Shown here: positions 49,365 through 56,830 of the stretch, piece by piece | Layout: the number at the start of each line of letters is the position of its first letter | How positions within the stretch are numbered: position 1 is the first letter of the stretch | Assembly (NCBI GenBank): GCA_963700635.1 | Contig: CAVOYH010000003.1 | Span: 1,120,001 to 1,184,000 of the forward strand | Source of the DNA: an uncultured Bacteroidota bacterium | GTDB lineage: Bacteria > Bacteroidota > Ignavibacteria > UBA10030 > UBA6906 | Length of the DNA stretch: 64,000 bases | Direction of reading: 5' to 3' | Translations under genes and position numbers: made by a program | The notes under the pieces: model-generated | Database searches by the model: none | Told to the model about the DNA's origin: nothing | What the model saw: the letters and a program-made list of their open reading frames with translations, nothing else

Positions 49365-50087
49365 TTACCACTTCCGACGTTCCAGGGACACTGTTGCGAG
49401 GTAGAGTGAGAATCCGAGCAATGATATGAAGTACACGATATTCCGTGAGTCGATTACCCCACGGGCGATGTTCGAATAATGATAGTCGATAGAAAGAAAT
49501 TCCATCGTTGACGCGAACGATTCCGGAACATAGATGAGCACCTTGTCCATGAGGAATAGTGCAAGAATCAGCAGGAAGCTGACGATAAATGCGACAATCT
49601 GGTTCTCGGTGAGACTGGATGCGAGGATGCCGATAGCGATGTACACGCCTCCCATTAAAAGCAGCCCGACGTATCCGGTGACAACGGGACCAAGGTCAAG
49701 CGAACCGAGCGCTCCGATCGTCAGCACATACAGCACTGTCGGCACGAGTGCCGCGGCCAGGAGAGCCCATGCGGCAAAAAACTTTCCCAGAACAATTTCC
49801 ACATCGCGCACAGGCTTTGTTGTCAGCAACTCCAGTGTGCCCGCTTTCTTCTCCTCGGCCAGGAGCCGCATGGTCACAGCCGGGACAAAAAAGAGAAACA
49901 CCAGCGGAACCAGTTCAAAGAGAACACGCATCGAGGCGATATTCATGAGGAACATGTTGTTCGTGAAGAACCAACCGATGATGCCCAGGAAGACAACGAT
50001 CACGACATAGGCGACCGGAGAGTTAAAGTACGAACGAACCTCCCTCCGGAAAATCGGGGCAATGTTGGGCAATACGAGAACGGGCAT
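49365..50087 (-). CDS. gldF: GldF-like ABC-2 permease
   Basis: SYFNSPVAY and TMRLLAEEKKAGTLELL..IVLGKF motifs; 6 TM helices. Confidence 0.85.
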   Translation of the reverse strand: MPVLVLPNIAPIFRREVRSYFNSPVAYVVIVVFLGIIGWFFTNNMFLMNIASMRVLFELVPLVFLFFVPAVTMRLLAEEKKAGTLELLTTKPVRDVEIVLGKFFAAWALLAAALVPTVLYVLTIGALGSLDLGPVVTGYVGLLLMGGVYIAIGILASSLTENQIVAFIVSFLLILALFLMDKVLIYVPESFASTMEFLSIDYHYSNIARGVIDSRNIVYFISLLGFSLYLATVSLERRKW

Positions 50088-50102
50088 AGAGGTACCTGCG
50101 GA

Positions 50103-51048
50103 TTATGTCGTGGTCAATTTATGAAAGACTTCTTCAAGCGTGGTGATCTCGCGGTGCATCTCCAGCAGAATCCAGTTGTTCCGGACGGCAAGATGGAAGA
50201 TCGCCTCCCGGATGTCAGCGCCCTTGTCGGCATGGATTTCATACCGGCTTGTTTGACCGGTGTGGCTCAGAAGAGTTACCCCGCTCACGGCCGGTAACGT
50301 CCGGAGCGCAGGCGCGATGGTCTGGAGCGGATCACCGCTGTCTGCACTAAGCTCTACGGTGAGAGTCTCCGCACCGTGAAACTCGTGCTGCAGATGTTTC
50401 GGGGTGCCATCTGCGACGATCGTTCCTTCATTAATAATCAGAACACGATCACAGGTGGCCTGAACCTCCGAAAGAATATGGGTAGAGAGGATGACCGTCT
50501 TGGCCTGACCGAGTTCCTTGATGAGATTGCGGATTTCCACGATCTGATTCGGATCCAGGCCGCTTGTAGGTTCGTCCAGGATGAGCACTTCCGGATCATG
50601 GATCATTGCCTGGGCAAGTCCGACACGTTGACGGAATCCCTTGGACATCTCGCCGATATCTTTGTGCCGGACCGTTTCAAGGCCGCAGACTTTGACCATT
50701 TCCTTGATCCGGTGGCCGATGGCTCCCTTGCGGAGGCCGTGGAGCTGAGCCGAGTATTCAAGGTAGTCCAGCACATTCATGTCATGGTACAGCGGATTCA
50801 TTTCCGGGAGATAGCCAATTTTTCTGCGGACGTCCAGGGAATGTTGATCGATGCTGAGTCCGTCCACCTCCACGCTCCCTGTGTCGGGAGGCATGTAGCA
50901 GGTGAGGATTTTCATGGTGGTGGTCTTTCCCGGCCCCGTTCGGACCGAGAAAGCCGAGGATTTCGCCGGTGTTGACATCGAAAGAGATATCATTCACCGC
51001 TTTCTGCTCACCATACGATTTTGTGAGATTTCGCGCTGAGATGGACAT
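50103..51048 (-). CDS. gldA: GldA-like ABC ATP-binding protein, split by a 1-nt insertion in the Walker A codons near 50928
   Basis: GPNGAGK|TTTMK joins across two ORFs; MSKGFRQRVG and ILDEPTSGLDP motifs. Confidence 0.88.
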
Positions 51049-51204
51049 AGGTTGTGTGGGGTTGTTACGGATATTCGGAAAGAGGACGTTGTGCTGCCGT
51101 AATGTACGAAGTTGGAAAGAATCCCGCAAGAGATCCGGGTCTTGAGGTTCATGGCTTGAATTGGTATACTACAAACAGTACACAAGCAAACGAGGATAAG
51201 CAGG

Positions 51205-51576
51205 ATGATTCGAGTGAAAAAAGAACTCATCGTCGTTGGCGACCGTGTCCTGCTTTCTCTTGACGAGGGGCTGGACAAAACGAAATCCGGTCTTTACCTG
51301 CCGGCATCGGTCCGGGAAAAAGAGAAGGTGGCAAGCGGGCGGGTGGTCCGGGTGGGTCCCGGGTATCCCATACCGAACCCAAACTACACGGAAGACGAAC
51401 CCTGGGCGACAAACCGGGAGCCGATGCGTTACATTCCCCTCCAGGCCCGGGAAGGAGACTACGCGGTATTCCTGAGAGAACAGGGAATTGAAGTTGAATT
51501 CGAAGAGATCAAGTACCTGATTGTGCCTCAGTCGGCCGTGCTGATGCTCATGCGAAGCGAGTTACACGAGGAATAG
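51205..51576 (+). CDS. Stand-alone GroES-family co-chaperonin
   Basis: VGDRVL..KTKSGLYLP..GRVVRVGPG..GD..IEVEFEEIKYLIV; no groEL adjacent. Confidence 0.85.
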   Translation: MIRVKKELIVVGDRVLLSLDEGLDKTKSGLYLPASVREKEKVASGRVVRVGPGYPIPNPNYTEDEPWATNREPMRYIPLQAREGDYAVFLREQGIEVEFEEIKYLIVPQSAVLMLMRSELHEE

Positions 51577-51689
51577 TCAAAGAGGAAAAAAATACCTCTT
51601 CTCCATTGTATCCGTGGAGGAATTACAACACTGTATTGAATACTGGGCAGCAGACCTCCCTCAAATTCCCTCTAATCGCCACTTCCTGT

Positions 51690-51706
51690 CTGGCACACAA
51701 TTCGCT
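51690..51706 (+). promoter_or_regulatory. Putative sigma54 (-24/-12) promoter
   Basis: CTGGCACACAATTCGCT matches GG-N10-GC. Confidence 0.55.
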
Positions 51707-51763
51707 GTAACCCCTCTCAAGAAACGGATAGCATGATAAGTGATCGGTACACGAGGATCGAAC

Positions 51764-51913
51764 ATGAGAATCCGGTACTTTTTTGAGAGACTATCAAGCG
51801 AAGAACGAGCAGCGCTCGAGGCGATTCTCCTGGAGGAAGTGGAAATCCAGAGCTGGTACGCTGTATCCGTGAGCATCCTGATGGGCGGAGAGATCTTCTT
51901 CACTGTGCAATAA
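51764..51913 (+). CDS. Small hypothetical protein (49 aa) not in the ORF track
   Basis: GAGGA SD; MRIRYFFERLSSEERAALEAILLEEVEIQSWYAVSVSILMGGEIFFTVQ; flanked by promoter-like and terminator-like elements. Confidence 0.55.
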   Translation: MRIRYFFERLSSEERAALEAILLEEVEIQSWYAVSVSILMGGEIFFTVQ

Positions 51914-51936
51914 CCGGTTTTGACGGGCCGGTACCG

Positions 51937-51970
51937 GAGCCCTCGTGGTGGGAAGGGGGCTCTTCTTTTT
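51937..51970 (+). terminator. Rho-independent terminator
   Basis: GAGCCCTC..GGGGGCTC stem followed by TTCTTTTT. Confidence 0.6.
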
Positions 51971-51973
51971 GTA

Positions 51974-52002
51974 TTGACCTTCGTTTCTGAAAATCCTATC
52001 TT
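51974..52002 (+). promoter_or_regulatory. Sigma70-type promoter for csp
   Basis: TTGACC-N17-TATCTT. Confidence 0.6.
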
Positions 52003-52008
52003 ACTGCC

Positions 52009-52223
52009 GCAAATAACTGTACACCGTTTTTTGCGCCCTTTAATGGTTCCGTTGCTGCAAGGGATGTTCTCCTGGTCGTTCAGCACGCGCTTGTCACAGC
52101 GGAGAGAGCGAGGCCTGGCACCCCGCTACCCGACCTGAGAGCTATTAAGAGGCAAAAAACCAGGTGCCCGTCACGGGCGGCGTTGCCGTACGCATACCAG
52201 GAACATCTGTAAGGAGACCTCCC
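52009..52223 (+). promoter_or_regulatory. Long structured 5' leader of the cold-shock gene
   Basis: GATGTTCTCCTGGT (52063-52076) is complementary to ACCAGGAACATC (52196-52207); internal GCCCG-TCA-CGGGC hairpin. Confidence 0.5.
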
Positions 52224-52424
52224 ATGGAAAAGGGAGTCGTCAAATGGTTTAACGGAGCCAAGGGTTTCGGCTTCATCAAGCGCGAAACCGGGGAAGACGT
52301 GTTTGTGCACTACAAGGCCATCGTCGGTGAGGGGTATAAGACCCTTAACGAGGGTGACCGGGTAGAGTTTGACGTCGAGAAAGGGCCCAAAGGACTTCAG
52401 GCGCTGCGCGTCTCGAAGATCTAA
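52224..52424 (+). CDS. cspA: Cold-shock protein
   Basis: [20 protein letters not shown] and KGPKGLQA motifs. Confidence 0.95.
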   Translation: MEKGVVKWFNGAKGFGFIKRETGEDVFVHYKAIVGEGYKTLNEGDRVEFDVEKGPKGLQALRVSKI

Positions 52425-52453
52425 CCACCTGGTACTCAGTCGATCTCTAAGAG

Positions 52454-52480
52454 CCCCGGCCCACGCGCCGGGGTTTTTTT
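52454..52480 (+). terminator. Rho-independent terminator
   Basis: CCCCGGC-loop-GCCGGGG followed by T7. Confidence 0.85.
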
Positions 52481-52496
52481 GTTGCAGGAGAATACT

Positions 52497-53267
52497 ATGA
52501 CCGTCCGGCTTTCACTCGTGTATGATATCGCCACTCTCTCTTCCGTGGAAGAGTCCGGCGGTGTTGTCCTTCTTCCCGAACTTGTGGACGGGGGGTACGA
52601 AGCGTTGCGGAGGGGGGAAGGAGTTCACATCCCCGGAGATCCGACGCTCCGTTTCTTTCGCACCCGATCACGTCTTTCAAAGGCCACCATCATTGCAGGA
52701 TCGGTTGCGCTCCGTGATGGGAAGGGCGGCGCGACCAACAGCTCGCTGGTGTACCAGCGTGGCCGGTTCATGCACCGCTATGACAAGATCCATCTGTTCC
52801 GGCCGGCTGATGAATTTCGACTTTTCCGGCCGGGGAGGAAGTTCAGTTCATTTCTGATCGGCGCATCCGGCGCCAGGTTCCGTGCTGCCGTGATTATCTG
52901 TTACGATCTGCGGTTTCCAGAGCTGACACGTTTTCTCGCCCGCGATGGGGTTGAGGTGCTGTGTGTGCCCGCTCGCTGGCCTGCCGTGCGCGACGAGGCA
53001 TGGCAGAGCCTGCTCAAGGCACGCGCAATCGAGAACCAGATGTTCGTTGTGGGGTGTAATGCACTCGGTAACGAAGGAGGGTACTCGTACGTATTCGACC
53101 CGGCCGGAACACTGATCTTTACAAACAGAACACAGCCGGAGCTTCTGCACCATGTCGTGGAACTGGATATATCGCTGCTGCGGGAAATGCGTTCGCGGAT
53201 GAAGTATGTGGATGACGCGGTGATACTCAGCCGGCTAACGTTTCCGCGGGGTTTTGGGATCCGCTGA
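52497..53267 (+). CDS. Nitrilase-family carbon-nitrogen hydrolase (omega-amidase/YafV-like)
   Basis: Triad LPEL, YDKIHLF, ICYDLRFPE; ARAIENQ. Confidence 0.87.
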   Translation: MTVRLSLVYDIATLSSVEESGGVVLLPELVDGGYEALRRGEGVHIPGDPTLRFFRTRSRLSKATIIAGSVALRDGKGGATNSSLVYQRGRFMHRYDKIHLFRPADEFRLFRPGRKFSSFLIGASGARFRAAVIICYDLRFPELTRFLARDGVEVLCVPARWPAVRDEAWQSLLKARAIENQMFVVGCNALGNEGGYSYVFDPAGTLIFTNRTQPELLHHVVELDISLLREMRSRMKYVDDAVILSRLTFPRGFGIR

Positions 53268-53302
53268 ACGAGCCGGCCGGCGAAACGTACCGGTCATGAG
53301 CC

Positions 53303-53722
53303 TCACTTCCCCGGCCGCCTGCGCCTCCCCGGCATGGTGAACTCCCTGCTGGCAACGGTGTGTATCCCGCCACGGATACGATAGTCAGCAGAGACTTTCA
53401 TCCACTTGGGCTTCGCGCACCTCTTCAGGTCGTCCAGTATCCTGTTGACGACATGTTCCTGATAGATTCCCACGTTGCGATAACTCAAAAGATAGTATTT
53501 GAGCGACCGCAATTCGATACATACCTTTCCAGGGATGTAATCGATCCGGAGGGATGCAAAATCGGGGAGGCCGGACCAGGGGCAGACAGCCGTGAACTCG
53601 TCGGTTTCGATCGTCATTGTGATGTCCTTCCCGCGGTACTCATAGGGAAATGTCTCGAGTGCGGTGACATCGATTGCCGAAAGATCCTGCACATCGTACC
53701 GGCGGTCAAGTGGTTGAGCCAT
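53303..53722 (-). CDS. queF: NADPH-dependent 7-cyano-7-deazaguanine reductase (type I)
   Basis: EFTAVCPWSGLPDFA, ELRSLKYYLLSYRN and RGGI motifs. Confidence 0.93.
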   Translation of the reverse strand: MAQPLDRRYDVQDLSAIDVTALETFPYEYRGKDITMTIETDEFTAVCPWSGLPDFASLRIDYIPGKVCIELRSLKYYLLSYRNVGIYQEHVVNRILDDLKRCAKPKWMKVSADYRIRGGIHTVASREFTMPGRRRRPGK

Positions 53723-53814
53723 AAGTTCTGCTGCCCTTGTCTATCCCTGTATATGTGTGTAAATTATCATCAATATAGCGCATTCAGGTCGAAATGCAAC
53801 TGAAGGAGTAGAGC

Positions 53815-54300
53815 ATGAAACGTTTTCTGGCCGGCTGGCTGGTCGGTCTTCTGATCTGTGCCGGGTGTGGCTCCGGCCCCGTGATACGGGAGGAGTCGTT
53901 TCCCCTGGGGAAGATCACTCGCGCGGATCTTTCGGAGAGCTGGTTGTCAGCCTACGATCAGCCACCCATCGAACCACCCTTCCTCGAAATGATCCGTCAG
54001 GCAAAAGAAGGAGTCGAAGTGCTGGTGTTCCTCGGTACGTGGTGTTCAGACAGCAAACGCGATGTGCCGCGATTCTTGCGCATTGCCGACGGTGTTGGGA
54101 TGGGTCCGGACTGTTATACACTGTATTCGCTTGACCTAAAGAAGACCAGTCCCGGAGGATTGGAGCAAAAGTACATGATTACGCTGGTTCCTACGTTCGT
54201 GTTCCTTCGTGACGGCAAGGAGATCGGACGGATTGTCGAATTGCCCCGTTCCACGCTGGAGGGGGACATTTTGAGCATCCTGGCCTCAGCCAATTCGTAG
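53815..54300 (+). CDS. Thioredoxin-fold lipoprotein (CxxS)
   Basis: Lipobox CAGC; GTWCSDS, VPTF and KEIGRIVE motifs. Confidence 0.85.
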   Translation: MKRFLAGWLVGLLICAGCGSGPVIREESFPLGKITRADLSESWLSAYDQPPIEPPFLEMIRQAKEGVEVLVFLGTWCSDSKRDVPRFLRIADGVGMGPDCYTLYSLDLKKTSPGGLEQKYMITLVPTFVFLRDGKEIGRIVELPRSTLEGDILSILASANS

Positions 54301-54317
54301 GCATAATGCCTGATTTG

Positions 54318-54346
54318 TTGACATTCTTGAGTGATTTGGATATATT
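54318..54346 (+). promoter_or_regulatory. Near-consensus sigma70 promoter
   Basis: TTGACA-N17-TATATT, ending 9 nt before ATG 54356. Confidence 0.7.
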
Positions 54347-54355
54347 TTTTGCGCA

Positions 54356-56800
54356 ATGGTGCATGATGATCCAAACAAGCAACACGATGAGGACCGCGAG
54401 CGGCTGCTGGATGAAATCCGGCGCCGCGCTGAGGAAGCGGAATTAAGACGCATCGAAGATGAGGATCGCTCGACCGGAATGAGTTCCGAGCGTCCTCAGG
54501 ATGACGAGGCGTCGTCGCCATTTCCTACTCTTCCACCGCCGTTTCCATCCTCTCCCTCCTACGAAGTCCAGAAGGCGCAACGTGGCATGGTTCTGCGTGA
54601 ACGGCTTTCGATCGCGCTGGACAGAAGAAACCTCGACAATGCCCGGGAGTTGTTTGCGGAGCTGGAGCTGCTTGATCCGTTTGATCCGGATCTTAATGAA
54701 TTTCGCGCCCGGCTGACGCAGGTGGAGGAAATGGCGAGTGAGCCTGAATCCGAGGTGCCGCCGCCCGTACCGGAGCCTCCTCCCTCTCCCCCGCCACCAC
54801 CGCCGGTCTTTCCTCCGTCGCAGGTTGAAGAGGACGAGCGGACGGCATTGTACGACGATGCGGTTTCGTTATATGAAAAGGAAAAATACGAACAGGCACT
54901 TGCGAAGCTCGACCGATTTCTGTTGATGGACAGTGCGAATGAAGACGCGCTGGCACTACATCAACAGATTGAGCGTGCCTGGCGGCTCGCCGAGCTTATC
55001 AAGAAAGAAGAAGAGAGACACCGGGCTGAAAACCCGACGCCTGTTCCGGTTGAAGCGCCGAAGGTCCCGCAGAGCGGGAAGGATTCTGATTTCTGGGGCC
55101 CCACCGAGACAAAAGAAGGTGGTGACGACGCATTTATTGCCGCGCATAGCCCCACGGTGGCACACCCCCCGAAACCTCCGTTGCTTGATCAGATTGTGGC
55201 GCGCATTTCGAAGATCCGCATTCCGGTCAAACCCGTACTCACCGTGCTCGGCATCGTCACCGTGGCGGTGGTTGGATATCTGGTTGTGGACGCCGTGGTG
55301 AATGCTGTGGTGCCGCCGGACAGGATCATTTGTGTTTTCCCCCCCGAGCTCACGGAGGGTGGGGCAGGGGATCGGGAATGGGTTGATGCATTTGCCGGTG
55401 ACCTGATCAGAGATCTCGGGAGTGTGCCCGCCATACAGGTTGTGGCTGCTCAGACGTCGTTTGCCACCCGTCAACGCTCAATCCGGCCCATCCGGATGGC
55501 GCAGTTGTTCGGCGCGGGCCATTTTCTTCTCTGGACGGCGGCAATACGTGGGGATACTTTTTCCAGCACGTTTACGTTGATGGACACGCTTCAGGCAACC
55601 GCCATCTGGAAATCGACAGTAGAATATCCGATTCGGGAACTGCCGCAACGCCGCCTCGAGCTTGCCAGAAATATCCTCCGGGCGATGGAGGTGGAGATCC
55701 CCAGGCCCGATCACCCGCTTACGAGGACACTTTCTGCCTCCTCCCGGGCGGGGTACGGATCGTACTTGCAGGGACGCGCAGCTCTCCAGTCCGGTGCTCC
55801 CGATGCCATCGGTCAAGCCATGCGAGCCTTTGAGCATGCTGTGCTTGAAGATTCATCTGATGGTGATGCCTGGGCTGCGCTCGGGTGGACGTATGTTCTG
55901 GCAAGTGAAAGCACACCTGTTCCTGTCCGGACACGTCTTCCTGTGGCGCTTGCCTGTGTCGAGCGGGCTCTGAATCTCGGCGCGCAGAAATCGGAACCGT
56001 TTCGCGCCTGGGGACTTGTGGAGATGATGAGCGGCAATTATGCCAAAGCTGCCGAGCGTCTCCATGATGCGGTGAATGCTTCGCCGAGCGATGCGGAAGC
56101 CCTCCGCCGTCTGGCTCTTGTGCTTACATTACGGGGTCTCACCGATGAGGCCCTCCACGCGGCCCGCACCGCGGTAGAAGTGGATCCTCTGAATGCGGCC
56201 TCGCACGTGACGGCAGGTCTCGTCCGTCAATTTCGCGGCGAGTTTGCCGAAGCAGAGGCCGCATACCGGCGAGCGCTTACAGAAGACCGTGAACATCCCG
56301 ACGCGCTGGAATTACACGCCGAGGTGCTGGTGTACCTGCAACGTGCCGATGACGCTCTGGCCGGCGTGAGCGACATCGCTGCCCGTCTCCGGACTGATCC
56401 AGCGGCATACTACCGGCTCGGCAGAATAGCCCAGACCGCCGGCCGACCAAAACAGGAGTGGATGGCAGCATTTGAACGCGCGCGCGGACTGCTTGAAGAG
56501 CAACTACGCGTCAAACCTGACAGCGCCCTTGCGCTCTCGCTGCTCGCGCTGACAGAAACACGGCTCGGGGCGTTTCGCAATGCGATCGCCGCACAAACAA
56601 AGGCGATCACACTGGCTCCCCGTGACATCCGCATCGTGTACAACACGGCCCGGATGTATGCGTTACAACGGGACAAACAAGCTGCCATGGCATACCTATC
56701 GCAGGCAATTGACCTCCGGTACGACCTTCGGAAGATCGTGGATATGGACCTGTTTAATCTTCGCACCGACGCGGAATTTTTGCGTTCGGTAACGCGGTAG
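54356..56800 (+). CDS. Bitopic membrane protein: charged/TPR/Pro-rich N-terminus, TM, TolB-like domain, TPR array
   Basis: TM VLTVLGIVTVAVVGYLVV; ICVFPP..DLIRDL..IQVVAAQTSF; many TPR-like repeats ending YNTARMYAL..YLSQAI. Confidence 0.8.
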   Translation: MVHDDPNKQHDEDRERLLDEIRRRAEEAELRRIEDEDRSTGMSSERPQDDEASSPFPTLPPPFPSSPSYEVQKAQRGMVLRERLSIALDRRNLDNARELFAELELLDPFDPDLNEFRARLTQVEEMASEPESEVPPPVPEPPPSPPPPPPVFPPSQVEEDERTALYDDAVSLYEKEKYEQALAKLDRFLLMDSANEDALALHQQIERAWRLAELIKKEEERHRAENPTPVPVEAPKVPQSGKDSDFWGPTETKEGGDDAFIAAHSPTVAHPPKPPLLDQIVARISKIRIPVKPVLTVLGIVTVAVVGYLVVDAVVNAVVPPDRIICVFPPELTEGGAGDREWVDAFAGDLIRDLGSVPAIQVVAAQTSFATRQRSIRPIRMAQLFGAGHFLLWTAAIRGDTFSSTFTLMDTLQATAIWKSTVEYPIRELPQRRLELARNILRAMEVEIPRPDHPLTRTLSASSRAGYGSYLQGRAALQSGAPDAIGQAMRAFEHAVLEDSSDGDAWAALGWTYVLASESTPVPVRTRLPVALACVERALNLGAQKSEPFRAWGLVEMMSGNYAKAAERLHDAVNASPSDAEALRRLALVLTLRGLTDEALHAARTAVEVDPLNAASHVTAGLVRQFRGEFAEAEAAYRRALTEDREHPDALELHAEVLVYLQRADDALAGVSDIAARLRTDPAAYYRLGRIAQTAGRPKQEWMAAFERARGLLEEQLRVKPDSALALSLLALTETRLGAFRNAIAAQTKAITLAPRDIRIVYNTARMYALQRDKQAAMAYLSQAIDLRYDLRKIVDMDLFNLRTDAEFLRSVTR

Positions 56801-56830
56801 GGTGAGCTACCGCACCAAGGAGTACACTTC

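Noticed and set aside
50920-50935. Programmed ribosomal frameshift in gldA (and lpdA)
   Set aside because: It would need +1 inside Walker A. The same GGG AAA G codons are decoded normally in other genes here, so a sequencing indel is simpler.
46884-51048. GldA/F/G + DUF4340 as proof of gliding motility
   Set aside because: This ABC module also occurs in non-gliding bacteria, and no motor or adhesin genes are in the window.
52040-52215. 6S RNA or SRP RNA in the csp upstream region
   Set aside because: Only the terminal helix is evident, there is no terminator before the csp SD, and I see no SRP loop motif. A 5' UTR fits better, though an Rfam scan is needed.
53723-53800. preQ1 riboswitch upstream of queF
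   Set aside because: The leader is short and I see neither the characteristic stem-loop nor the A-rich tail.
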